DNA of 64,000 nucleotides from Amphiscolops sp. MND2022. Taxonomy: Eukaryota. Shown piece after piece: positions 23,109-36,100 of this stretch. The notes below the pieces were generated by a model. That model did no database searches. It saw only the letters and a program-made list of their open reading frames with translations, and had not been told where the DNA came from. Within the stretch, counting starts at the first letter, position 1. Each line of letters starts with the position of its first letter. Both the position numbers and the translations under genes were made by a program. The stretch is from positions 93,126,001 through 93,190,000 of the forward strand of contig OZ076409.1 in assembly GCA_964187785.1 (NCBI GenBank). Direction: 5' to 3'.

Positions 23109-26100
23109 ACGCCGGCCCCGTTTTCAGATTGAAAACGCTCTTTAAAAACTGGCGCCAATTTTATCACAGGTCGTTTCAGTGTACCGTCATGAGTTTTGAT
23201 GAGAACTGATCTCACAACGCCATCTTTTCCTGGGTAAGTCTGAAGAACTCTTGCCATCTTGTAATGAGATCGCTTCACATTGTCTTCTATCAACCAAACA
23301 AGATCTCCAACTTGAAGATTTGGTTCTGACTTGTTCCATTGTGATCTCGCATTGTTCTGAGGTAGGTATTCTTTGACCCATCGTTTCCATATCATGTCTG
23401 CATAAGCTTGACAAGATCGAAACATTTTTCGATGGTTAGCGTATAACTCTGCATTCGGGATAAAGGGTATACAAATGTTTGCTCGACCCAGAATAAAGTG
23501 ATTGGGTGTAAGTGCTTCCAAGTCATTGGGATCATCACTTGCTGGAGTAATTGGTCGGGCATTCAAAGTTTGTTCAACCAAACACATAGTCGTAGTCAAT
23601 GATTCGTCAGTTAGTGCTCGATTGCCAAGAATGGCTATCATTGCCTTCTTGCAACTTCTGACTAATCGTTCCCAAACACCCCCAAAATGAGGTGCTCCGG
23701 GAGGGTTGAATTTCCATACAACGTGCTTTTGAGCCAGCTCTGAAGTAATTTGGTCATGATTCCACGAGTTGATGTACTCTTTCAACTCTCTTGCAGATCC
23801 AACGAAGTTCGTACCATTATCGCTAACGATGGTCGCTGGTTTGCCACGTCTAGCAACAAATCTGTTGATAGCTACCAAACAAGAATCTGTGTCAAGGCTT
23901 CGAACCACTTCAATGTGTACAGCTCTGGTAGTCAAACATGTAAATAAACAGCACCAACGTTTCATAGATCTTCGTAACATTTTTACTTCAAACGGACCGA
24001 AATAATCCACCCCAACATTGGTAAAGGGATATGATTGATAATCAAGTCTTTCTGGGGGTAGGTCGGCCATAAGCGGGGTCTTATTCTGTGCACGTAATTT
24101 GCGGCAGAACACACAACTACTTTTGATACTCCTCAAAGCATTCCGTAACCCAATTATCCAAAATTTTTATTGAATAACACTTCTCACATACTCTACACCT
24201 TCATGATTATGTTCAAAGTGTAGATCTCGCAACATGGTTATTACCATACCGTGTTTCGTAGATAACAATACTGGGTGACGTTGTTCAAAGCTCAAGTTGG
24301 CATGCTTGATGCGTCCCCTAATTCTGATAACTCCTTTTTCGTCAAAAAAGGGTGCAAATTTTGACAGGTTTCCGCATTTTTTAGTTTTACCGAAACTTTC
24401 CTTTTCATTAAAAAGTTCCGCGAAAGATTCTCTTTGAATCCTTTTCAAAACTCGTTCTTCTGCTCGATTCAATTCTTCAACGAGTAAAACTTTCGATTGA
24501 CTTCTATACTTCAAACGCAAACAAAACGCGATAACACGGACGCATTTCGAGAAACTACTAAATTTGTTCCATTTAACCGCTAACTCCTGAGTCATACTTG
24601 TGTTCGCAACTACTGCAACTTCAGCATGATCCTCAGGAATCACGTTGACTGGCTGCAAAGATAAAGGCCAATCATCAGGATGGTCTCTCAACCAAGAGGG
24701 TCCAGGTAACCATTCACTTTCTGATAACTTCTCTATGGTTATACCACGAGTTCCAATGTCAGATGGATTCAACTCGCCTCGGACATGTTTCCATTCATCA
24801 ATGGTTGAGGTTTCCAGAATCTCAGCTGCTCTGTTGGCAACAAAAACGTTTTGCCTTTTGTCCGCGGAGTTTAACCATTGTAATACAGTAACGGAATCTG
24901 TCCAATGAGTAACACTGTTAATGGGTAAATCGTGTTCTTCAATAATCAATTTTCTCAACCTCACGGAATACAAGGCTGCTTGTAGCTCAAGACGTGGAAT
25001 AGACAACTGTTTAATAGGAGCTATTCTACATTTGCCCAATACAAATGACACTTCGATGCCCTCTTCGGTTTCTCCTCGAAAATAGGCAACAATGCACATT
25101 GCTTCCAAGGAGGCATCACTGAAAATATGTAAATGCACGTTTTTGGGGATATTGGAAAAATACTTCCGAGGGAGGGATGTCTGTTTTATTGTCTGCATTT
25201 CTTTTACCCACTCGAGAAAGATTCGCTTATCTTCTTCGTTGATATTTTCGTCCCATGACTGACCAAAACGAATCCAAATACTTTTCAAAAGCATCCTCAT
25301 TCGCATGGTAAACGGTGCAAAGATTCCCATGGGATCAAATACCGATGAAACAAAAGATAATACCACTCGCTGTGTCACTTCGTTTGGGCATCCTTTGTTT
25401 GGTCCTCGGCAGACTTGAAGACTGTCCGCATCTATTATCCATTCTAGACCTAGAATGGGTGATGACTCTGCGTTTAATGTAAATTCATTAGATTCCAAAT
25501 GATCTTCCGAGGGGATAATTTCAAGCACGTCAGGGCAATTGCTCGCCCACTTCTTCAAAGTGAAGCCACTGCGCTTCAGTGTTTCCACCAACTGCTGATA
25601 ACATTCAATGGCCTCTTGTGGTGTATCAACGCTTTTGACAAGGTCGTCCATATAGAAGTTTCTGTCTATTGTAGCGGCTGCTACCGGAAACTCCTTTTTG
25701 TTATCTCTACCGCCTTGTTGGAAACCATAATTGGCACACGTTGGGGAACTCTTTGCTCCAAACACATGCCGGTTGTACTCAAAAACTCCAATGTCATCAT
25801 CTGGTCTATTTCGCCAGAGAAAACGTAAAACTCTACATTCTTCCTTTGGAACTGCTACTTGTAAAAACATTGACTCTATATCGGCAGTGATTGCTATCTG
25901 ATGTTCTCTGAACCTGAAAATTATTCCAACTAGATTCCGCAATAGGTCAGGTCCACTAAGTAGTTTGTCATTCAACGAAACTCCCTTGAACTTCGAGGCT
26001 GCGTTGCAAACTCTTCTGACTTTGCCTGGCTTGTGCGGATGTTTCACTGGGTGATGAGGTAAATACCATTGCGTATCATTTTCAGTCTTGTCAATCTCCT

Positions 26101-29100
26101 CTTGACCGAGTTTTCTAACAAAATTACTTTGTATATCCTTTTCAATGGTAGCTTGATATGCATTTTTCATTTCCGAGTCCTTCTCTAGTCTCTTTTCCAT
26201 CGATAAGAACTGTTGATACGCTGAGTAATAATTGTTAGGCAGATCGGGATTGTCATCGACCCACATTAAACCAACTTCATAACGCTCGCCGTTGTGTTTT
26301 GTTGTTCTTTCTAAAATTGAAAGTGCTCTTTTTTCTTCTTTGGATCGACCAGAGACATCACACACTGAAGCGTATGTCTCCATGTCCCACCATTTTTCCA
26401 TTTGATTCGCCAATGGGTCGGATGCAACTGAAAGATTACAGGACACTGATAGGTTACTAGCTTCCTTTTTTGGCAAGGCTCCGCTAATGGTCCAACCCAG
26501 TGCTGTTTTAACTGCCCATGGTTGATTTCTTTCGCCAGATTTGTATTCCAGCGGCCTGATTAAATGATAAGCATCCTGACCAAAAATAACTTTAACATCA
26601 GTCATTGAGTCTTTAATATTAGGCAGATCAGATAAATAATGGTACTCTTCTTTTAGTTTTCTGAAGTCATAGTCTTTTTCACCAACATTTAGGTTAGGAT
26701 GACTGCAGAACGTTACAGTCTCTGCAGCCGTTTCTGTTTCGGTGGAGCCCACTTTTGCTGTTACTATTTGCGTTTTCATATCAGACAAACCGTGAATGCC
26801 GGCAACGGACATTACCGATTCTTTACCTTTCAATCTGAGAAGATCAACCAAAGTTTGATCCATAAACGAAACAGTGGATCCTGTATCACAGAGCGCAATG
26901 GTTTCAACACATCTTTTTTCATTACCTATCGAAATAGGAATCAGCTGTAAGAACCCGTTGTTGCCTGTCGACATCATAGCCGAGCTGCCGGCCCTGCTTT
27001 GAGGCGCCGAGTCTTCTCTTTTCTTGTCATTGGTGACATTGTCTATTTTCTGCGCATCAGAGTGTAGAAGCCTGTTGTGTTTCTTAGTGCAACCATTCAC
27101 ACCGCAGACACGTTCTGATTTGCAGTCTTTAATCAGATGAGAATTGAGACAACAGAAACAAAGTTTCAGTTTTTTCAACATTTCATACCTTTCGTTGACA
27201 GTTTTTTGTTTGAATTTGCTGCACATCCAAATTTTATGTTCGCCATCTTTTAATGGACATTGCTTATTCGATGATGATGTTGTTTTACCTTGGTCATTGG
27301 CAACGAAAGTTGACGTCTTCACCTTTTCTGTCGATCCAGATGCCTTTTTATCAAATGGTGTTTTGAATTGCACCATCATTTCATCATGCACATAGGCAAC
27401 TTCATTTAGCCATTCACTAAACTTGCAAAGATCTGCATTATAATAGCTCTTGCTTTTTGCAAGGAAAAACCATTTCGTTTTCAGCTCAGGAGGTAACTTT
27501 CTCAAAGCTGAATTGAGAACTGATTCCGAATAAAGATCTCCGGTGAAACCAAATTGTTTCAAAACATTGACACAAGTCGTGATCAACTGAGCATACTTTA
27601 TGATAGCCGCTGAGTCATGCGACTTGATAAACGGACTCAAATGGATTTGCTTCATCTGTGCATTAACAATTGTTTGTGGACGTCCAAAATTGGTGACTAA
27701 AACATTCCATGCTGCACTGTACATGACTCCTGAGTAACCGAGTCCCGCAATAGCCGCCTTGGCCTTGCCTTTAACGAGTATTTTCAAGTGACTCATTTTT
27801 GCATTGTCATCGATAGGTGCATTGTGGATGGTAGCTGTGAACAAACTGGACCATTCCGGCCACTCTAATGGATCTCCATGAAATTCAGATAGTTTCAACT
27901 TAGGTAAACTTGTTTGAACAAATTGTACAGGTTGATGTACAGGTACCGCTGGGGTAAAGGAAGGAAAAAGATTTTCTACTTTGAAAGTGGTATTCGCGAA
28001 TCCATGTTTAGGCTTCGGTTCGTCATTACCTCGCTGAAGTGAGGTGATTGGTTTCGGAAGAGTAATCACAGGGTTTTTTCTCTGGGGTGACTTACTCGTA
28101 GCTCTGTTTTGAGGTTGCGATGGCAATGGTTGATTTTTCTGATGAGAATATTCTGGAAGTCTCTGCGGCAGCACACTCGACCCCCCTTTGTTTTCTACTT
28201 CTCTGCTAGATTCCTTAGGTTGGGAGAAACACTTATCAAAATTCTCATCACTTTGCTCTAACCAACTTTTGATGTCGCTGTTTTTGTCTTCGTCAAGTAC
28301 GAGAGACATCAGGCTTGGACAAATTGACGGAGCACGAAATGACCCTTCAGCGTCTTCTATCTGCAGTCGCATTTCGTGTTGCTCAAGAGCTTTCTTGCTT
28401 TCCATTTCAGCTATTTCAGCTTCCGCTTGTAAATCAAAAAGCTTCTGGCTCATCTCCATTTGTTTCTTTGTTTTCTCCAATCTCAACTCTCGCAGCCTCT
28501 TCTCAATTTCCATTTGCGACTTTTGCTCTAATACATTAGCATGCATCTCTAAGCGCCGTCGTTCACTTGCTTTTGACAAGTCGGAACCCACATTCGATTC
28601 CCGAGGTTTGTAAGTATCGCTTTTCGGCAAAGTTCGTGAAGGTGAAAGATCCACTAGCGTACGTCTCTTCGCTGTACTCATGGTCACTGATCCTGTTTGC
28701 CGAGGAGCAACTTCCGCACGACCCTCATTTTTATCAAACACTGTGGATTGTTTAACATCTCTCAACAGTTTCAAACCTCTTTGTAGAGTCTCATTCGCCT
28801 TTTGTTTCGTTGAGGCGCCGGAAACATTTACGTTGTCTTTCGACAACTGTGAACCTACAACACCCGACTTAGTTGATTCTTCAGGATTAGTTGTACCCCT
28901 TTCCAATTCATCAAGTCCTTCCTCAGGATTTGAAAAGATGGTTTTGCTATCTAAGTTTTGGGAAGTGACATCGAATTCTGCACCTGTTTCATCTACATAG
29001 GGATCCAAAGGCTCAACATAAGACAAACATTCTTGTGTTACCTCTTGTAACAGCAGCTTAGCTTGTTCAAGCTCCTCTTCTTTTGGCTTCAAGAAATTTT

Positions 29101-29749
29101 GATGAAATGGTTGTAAAAAACTTCTTTGTTGGTTCAAGATCTCTTCTAGTTTTTCCTTCAGGTCTTGAACTTCAGGTAAAACTGATTTAATTCTAGTAGC
29201 TCTCGCCCTTTTAATCATTAATTGCTGGAGATTTTTTGCTTTTGCTTGAAAATCATCCATTATTCGATACCAGTGGTCTGCTGCTCGACAATATTTCAAG
29301 AAATCCTCTATACTTTTTGCATACTTTGCAAGTAATTTTATACCGTCAAATTGTGGGAACACTTCTGTCCAATTCGAGAGACATTGATCGATTTCTTTTA
29401 AAAGATCTGTCTTTACTTCTCTGCGGGCACTATGGTATCTGTCTTTGAGCATAGGCAGCCCAAACTCGAATTCCCTTTTGAATTTGTCTCTAATTTCCAT
29501 GAATTTAAGATATAAGTTCCCCAAAACATATCTCAAATTTGAAGAATCCTGTTGCTTTTCTTTCAACTGTTCGAAGTCAGGACCAAGGTTTTTCATGGAA
29601 CGGAAATACTCCACAAAGCGATCTTCATGATCATTCCAAGCTTTCAATGCTGAAGAATTTTTCAAACCTTCAGAGAAAGACATCCTTTGGATGGACTTTC
29701 CCTTGGTAATGGTCATCACTTTAGGGTCAATTGTTCCACCACTGGCCAT
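23084..29749 (-). pseudogene. BEL/Pao gag-pol polyprotein with a single in-frame TAA at 24167-24169
   Basis: Gag core LPKLKLSEFHGDPLEWPEW, three Cys/His knuckles, protease LCDTGS, RT YMDD, RNase H FSDAS, integrase GVDYFGP/SDNGTNF/WERLV. ORFs 24167-29866 and 23084-24136 share a frame. Likely start MASGG at 29749. Confidence 0.93.
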
Positions 29750-29812
29750 GGTTTTGCAAATGAATAAATTGCAAGTACTAATCGTTTGAAAAAGGGTCTG
29801 CAAAACGTGCCT

Positions 29813-29830
29813 TCCCGGGTCGCGGCACCA
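29813..29830 (-). promoter_or_regulatory. Primer-binding site, resembling a tRNA-His 3' complement
   Basis: TGGTGCCGCGACCCGGGA three bases after the 5' LTR on the minus strand. The tRNA assignment is from recalled similarity. Confidence 0.75.
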
Positions 29831-29833
29831 AAA

Positions 29834-30991
29834 TTTTACGTCTGCAAGGTAAACTAACAAAAACACTTACCAAGCTTTACGACGGCCTGGTTGACAACTT
29901 GCGGACAACTTTAAAACTTGTTTGTCCAGGAAAGGCACTCGCAAAAATCACTTCTCTGAACCTTCAATGGGTGATATCGCAACTATTTTCAATAAAAATT
30001 TAGCTTGCGTTACTTCGAATAAGTTTCTGAAGTCGGTGAAGCAATTACTGCATCTTTGACTTTGCACTTTTTCTGTTTCAAAAGCATAAAGTAGCTTTGG
30101 AGCTCTAATTTGTGATTATGGGAATCAACTTAGCTGTCTGGATGAGTGGTAGCGTCGTTGATCTGCTAAACCAGAAGATAAGTCCAAATCCTTGCGTCCA
30201 CGATAACTTTCTCAAGCAAAAATATCGCAACCATATGCAATATAATAAATTGACGTTGGAATTTCGAAACAATATAATATCACTTGTTCAACTCCAAAAG
30301 GCTCTTCAATAGCCAGAGTTAACTGAATTAATTGAACGAGAAACTTCCAAGCTTTCACATTCTTCAATACTTGAGTAGCAAAGTCGACTGATTTGGATTT
30401 CTACTTGGTTGCTGGTCTCCGGTGTCTAAGGAGTTAACTCTGGTTACTTTTACATACAGGAAATACTTAATAGTGGATAGTTGTGGTTAAATTTACCATC
30501 ACCACACAAGCGCCTTGATATATAGAATAAGCAGAAACAAACTATTTAACTGAGATGAAGATATACACCAAAATATGTAAAAGTATATATAAAAAGCATA
30601 CATTTACACCATTTTATGGTTCATGATTATATTTGTTATTTGCACTCAAAGCTTCTATCAGGTTACAAACACTCTATCGACTTCCGCCTGGACTAGATAT
30701 AACCAAATATGACCTACTAGAAAGGTTTATTACACAAACAGAACAATAAAGCACCAAATTTGTACTATATCAGAGGGAAGTCTGATTTTGATCCAGAAAA
30801 ACTTTTTTTTGAAATTTTTGTCTCCGATTCTCAATTTTCTTGCCCAAATCGGTCGAATGCCATAAAAAAATCGGCTGCTTGCTACTTTTGTCTTCGAAAT
30901 CCAAAAAATAACGTCTTTGTAGCAGTTCGAAAACCAGGATTTTTGACCCCTTCTGGTCACAATTTCTCAAGTCAATTCTGAGGCGCCAACA
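29834..30991 (-). repeat. BEL 5' LTR
   Basis: Minus strand begins TGTTGGCGCC and ends GACGTAAAA. Confidence 0.95.
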
Positions 30992-31311
30992 TCTCCAAAT
31001 GTCCTTCAACAACAACTGGGCTTCAACAGTGAATGGCGGAAGTAAATCTGTTTGTCTTATAAAGCAGAAACAAAGCATAGGACTACTCTTTAATTCGTTC
31101 TAAAGTCCATCTAGTAACGTCAGTGCTCGCCTGGCAATTTACCAAAAACGTATCCATGAGAATGACGTCATTTGTCTGCGAAAATGGAAAACTTTGCTTG
31201 AGAAGTATCATTCAATTTTTTCTCCGTCATTGAATAAACACGTATTTAGTTTGTATCCGGGTTGTAACGACAGCAGTAGATTCGGCTTCGTGGTATGTCC
31301 GGATCCGAAGG

Positions 31312-31688
31312 TAACAGAGATTCCTTATTCTTTGCCAAAGATGCAACCCTCTAGTCTGAGAGGTTTCTTAGTTTTGCTTCCTTGCAAGATTCTTTGCAAA
31401 ATTTTTCTGCAAGACATCTTGCAAGAATCTTGCAAGGAAGCAAAACTAAGAAAGGATCTTGCAAGATTTTCTTTCAAGGTCTTGCAAGATAATGCATTAA
31501 TGCCTTATCTTGCAAGACCTTGAAAGAAAATCTTGCAAGATCCTTGCAAGGAACGCATTTTTTTCAACCAGGGTTGTGAATAGATATGAATCCAAGTGGA
31601 TCCACTTGGATTTATATCTTTTCACAAACTAAGAAACCTCTGAGACTAGAGTGTTGCATCTTTGGTAAAGAATAAGGAATCTCTGTTA
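31312..31688. repeat. Deleted (377-bp) version of the 560-bp palindrome at 40660-41219
   Basis: Same ends; lacks 183 bp between two TTTCTTAGTTT copies. Confidence 0.85.
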
Positions 31689-31767
31689 TACTTTTTTTTC
31701 AAACCAGTCAATCTTTAGATTGCTCGAGCAATCTAAAGATTGACCGGTTTGAAAAAAAATTATAACA
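31684..31767. repeat. ~84-bp near-perfect palindrome centred on CTCGAG
   Basis: ttttcaaaccagtcaatctttagattgctc|gagcaatctaaagattgaccggtttgaaaa. Mirrored at ~40580-40664. Confidence 0.9.
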
Positions 31768-32660
31768 AATATAACACGAATTATTTTAGTGTCAATCTGC
31801 TATTTTTTCAGGTGTCCTGGAGAAACTGAGTTATATTTTTCAGTTTTTTCCGAAAAACAAGCATACGGCAAAAGTTGACACAAAACCCTCAAACGTTATA
31901 AGTTTCGTACCTAGCTCAGCAAGAAAGCAGGACTATGAAAATTATCCCCCTCGTCGTGTTACTGCAATTCATTTCATATTTCGCCGCAACGCCAAAACAA
32001 CTTTCATACGTGAAAAATTATTGTCGAATGTCAAATGGTTCAAAAAGCCCTTTCCTCAACCAGGAAACGGAAATTTACACACTGAAATGATTAAAATCTT
32101 TGAATTTTGATGGAATGTTGATAAACAAGGTTTCATAAATGATCGACATTTGTTGATGTTATTATAATAACATTGACCATTTGTTCTTGAATTGTGACTT
32201 AATTATGTCATATACTGCGCGTAATCTAAGGTAAACAACTTTTCTTGGTTTTTCGAAATCAAAATCGACAGCCTACAATGTCTACATAATTTGTTCGTTT
32301 ATTATGTTTCATGAAGAAACCTCAAATTTTACAAGCTGTCAGTTTTTCAAATAAATGAATAGAAGTTAGGCCAATTCAAATTACTACAACTGACTGTATT
32401 GACATTGAAGAAGGCTGTAGCTTCTTCAGATTTCAAAAAGATAGCTTTCTTTGTTTTGAATTAGCCTGTCAGAATGATCAAAAGATACAAATTGACCTAA
32501 TTATTGGACAAACGAAAAGACAAAGCATACAAATATTCTTGATTGGCTGATAAAATAACCGCTATCTTATTCCTGAAATGTTACCAAGGTTCGATATGCC
32601 CCCAAAAAGCCAAGTCGGCAATACAGAACCTCTAGGCAAGACTCAGTGAACAAAACTATT

Positions 32661-32988
32661 TTTTTTTATTTTCCGACCCACATTTTCAATGGGGGAGGAA
32701 AATCATCATCTGTGCTGCGTTTTTTTCCAAATTCTGCTAAAACTCCACTTTCTACAACTCCACTCCACTTACTCAGTCTCCCTGCTCAGCCTTCATCCTT
32801 CATATTGAGATGGGAATAATATCTAAAGTAAAAATGGGGTTAAGATCTAAAGGGAATAAGATCTAAAATCACTAAATTTTAGATCTTATTATTTAGATCC
32901 TATTCCCCACCCAAAATAGCTATGGCTCAAGTGATGAAGGCGAAAAGGGAGGAAAATATCCCGGTGCTTAGCGGGCGTCTTGTTCAAG
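32661..32988 (+). mobile_element. HINE-like element, family C (short copy, minisatellite degenerate)
   Basis: Same termini as 7047-7624. Mirrored at ~39362-39685. Confidence 0.65.
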
Positions 32989-33652
32989 TTATAAGAAGTT
33001 TGGGTGCTGAAAATTGATTTCGCTTTAACTGCTTTTATAGTTCAAAATAGACAACAAGAAACGTGTTTCCATTGAGGTAGTAAAACTTTCTATCACCATC
33101 ATTCTTGCACTTAGGGACAAAGATTGCCAAGCACGTCTTGCAAGCATTTTGGTCACGGTTGCACGAATACCACATTCTTTCTTGCTGCGTATCCTGTCAC
33201 GTGTGATATCTAGTATTTGATGCCGCACTGCCATTGTTGCGATTGCTTGAACTTTTCGCATGCTCTTGTGCCAGCAACTTTTATTATGATTTTCTAAAAC
33301 TCTTACGGAAGCTTTCATGCGAAAATATTTCCCTGTTGTATTCGACTTAGCGTTTAGTAGAGAACTTCTAGCCCAGAATAAGAACTTTCCTTGTTTTTTT
33401 AAACTTTCCTTGAAAAAATTTACGGCTTTTTCAACGTTTTTGGTCCCTTTTTTCTCGAACTGGGTATTAGTTTTTTTCTGGAACTGTCTATTTTGCGGAA
33501 ACAAAAGAATATGTTTTTAAGCGAACTAATTCCATATTCGGACCTCCAACTCTAATTTTTAGTTGTAATTTTTTAGTTCGTACTCTTATTCTTGTAAAAT
33601 GGTAATTCTTGGAAATATGCCTGTTTTGATCATATCTCACCATATCACAATA

Positions 33653-34597
33653 CCCGTACTGAGACTCCATTCAATCCCATCGATGGGCCATCGATGGTCC
33701 ATCGATAAGCCATCGATGGCCCATCGATGGCCATCGCAACTTTTTCCGATGGGTATCGATGGACCATCGATGGGATTTGAATTATCGCCCATCTCATGGG
33801 GGCACTTGTGGAGCATTTTCGGGTTAAATCTATCTAATTTTAACCTACTCCCATTTCCTTTTGAGCCTGAGCAAGCTTTCTCGAGCCTGAAAATCACTTA
33901 TATCGGAGCCTTGTCCTTGAATTGTTTGAAAAAGTTGAAAAACCTGGCAAAATTGCAATTGTTCGCATGAAAATGCGACGGAATCAAGCTTCCATTGCTG
34001 AGAAAACCATCTGCTTGTAAGAAGAAAACATCTGAAATATGCAGAAAATTGACTCTGGAAATACGTTTTTGTATCAAAAAATTTGGACGTTTTATCTGGA
34101 AAATCAGAAAAAACCTGGCAGAATTGCAATTATACGCATGAAAATGCGACGGAATCAAGCTTCCATTGCTGAGAAAACCATCTGCTTGTAAGAAGAAAAC
34201 ATCTGAAACATGCAGAAAATTGACTGAAAATACGTTTTTGTATCAAAAAATTTGGGGTTTTTCCTTGGAAAATCAACAGAATCCGGTTTTTCACAAAGGT
34301 AAATAATATGGATAACTATGTATAACTTCATTTCTGAATAAAATATTTGGGCACCCTCGAAATCCCAAACAAAGTTTAAATAGACTGAATGAAAAACTTA
34401 AATGGCCAGAGTTTTGTTAAAATTTTGAACATAGCCAAGTCGAACGAATTTTTGTGATGGAAAATTTCGATTTCCATCGATGGGATCAACGTTAGAAAAA
34501 CCTCATCGATGCCCATCGATGGACCATTGATGGCCATCGATGGGCCCCATGGGACTGCGATGGCCATCGATGAACTGCGATGGGATCTCAGTACGGG
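33653..34597. mobile_element. Non-autonomous TIR DNA transposon with CCC termini, flanking TA and subterminal CCATCGATGG repeats
   Basis: TA|CCCGTACTGAGA ... TCTCAGTACGGG|TA; many palindromic CCATCGATGG decamers at both ends; internal 171-bp tandem duplication. Confidence 0.8.
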
Positions 34598-36100
34598 TAC
34601 ATACTATGGCCAGATCTGTGCAAAACTACACAAGAAAGTTTCAAGATCTTGATAAAATATCTCAATTCAAAGAGGCGTGGAAAAACACTTTGAGCAAAAA
34701 TTCTAGTAAATTCTTTTGGTAAGTTCAAGTAAACATTGGACTGGAGAAGTTCGAAAATTATCTAATTGAAAGCTTTTCCTGGTCGCCATTAAAGTGAACC
34801 TCTTGCTATTAGGAGGTATTCATTTATTCATATGTATTCTGAATTGATTTGTTGCGTTGACCTCAATTTCTTTGAAAATATGTTCGCATAGAAGTTTCCG
34901 TGAGAGTTTTAGAAAGTCATAATCAAAGTTCTTGGCAATTCTAAGGAGTGTTCAAAATGTTCAAGTAATTTCAAATGAGTGTAAGCAATCAAGAGAAGTG
35001 TTCAATATAAAACATACACCCCTGGTTGGAACTCCTTGAACTTTTTACATGTTTTTGTAGGTTACCAAGCTAATTTTCCATGATTTTATAAAGTTCTCAA
35101 AGAAATGTCCATGCATTAAATCTTCACTGATTCGATTTAATTTTATCAAGCTGCCTATAAACTGCATCCTAAATTTGGCGGCAATTCTGCGCCGCGACGT
35201 TTTGCAGGTTTCATAAAGACGCCGTTCTAATTTTGAAAGCAGCTGAGAAATTCATCAATTTTACCGCTCTTTCAAACATTTTGTGTTAAACCAAACTTGT
35301 GGCGCAAAGGACGTCTGAAACAATTTGAACATATTGACGTTCCACACAGTTTCAGAATGCGTGATTTGAGCATGTCTCAAAAGGGGTGACCTCTACGGCG
35401 AATCCAAATAAAATCGTACAAAAGGACATACTTTAAGAACAAAAAGCGTAATTATGAAGTGGCACCCGGAATAGCACTTCTGAAAATTGAATTTCCACTT
35501 AATTTGTCAAGAAAAGGATTAAACAGCAAGCTGCTGCTTGGCCAAGTGATATTAGATTTGTTTTAGAATGCGGGAAACAAAAAGCTAAAACACTTACCAA
35601 AAATTTAACTCCCATCTTTCCGAAGAAATTATTGAACTTCAAAGCGTTTTCCGGATATTGGGCAAAATGACGTTTAATTACTTTCCGTCCATATTTAGGA
35701 TTAAAAACCAATCTCAGTCAGGTTTTCCTTAATCGACTCTGAAAAACCAACTGTACGTGAAAAGTAACCTCTAGAAACGTGATTTTTGTAAAAAAAAAAA
35801 TCCAGAAACACTTGTACTTGGTTTAACTGAACATAAATGGAACACGGTTCTGATGTTTATTCGTAGACCAAAAAACCCAGTCATAAAATGTACTTGATGA
35901 ACAGTTTGAAATTACGCCGAGAGGAACCAAATTGATTGTATTGATGTTTTATTTGAAAAAATAGCCCGATGATAACGAGAAAAGTTATACTCTTTTGCAG
36001 GTAGGTACAAGAATAAAACAAGAAATTGTAGCTTACGAACTAACACATCAAAAAAACAATAAGTTGCAACATTTTCGGCATAATAAAGCGGCAAGAAAGG

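Larger units (their letters stand above)
21951..30991 (-). mobile_element. BEL/Pao LTR retrotransposon, near-intact
   Basis: 1158-bp LTRs at 21951-23108 and 29834-30991; TSD TCTCC (21946-21950, 30992-30996); single-copy empty site at 41535-41539. Confidence 0.97.
1..36100 (+). repeat. Left arm of a giant inverted duplication; probably continues upstream of the window
   Basis: Base 1 onward (aaaatttatcaaaaaatatttactggatca) is the reverse complement of sequence ending at 61401, and 36100 pairs with 36422. Dozens of ORFs are mirrored, e.g. 33025-33504(-) and 38846-39325(+) give an identical 159 aa. Confidence 0.97.

Noticed and set aside
33025..33504. 159-aa ORF identical in both arms
   Set aside because: Overlaps a dispersed repeat also seen near 16370-16440 and 34880-34940, lacks a clear ATG start, and sits in a near-identical block.
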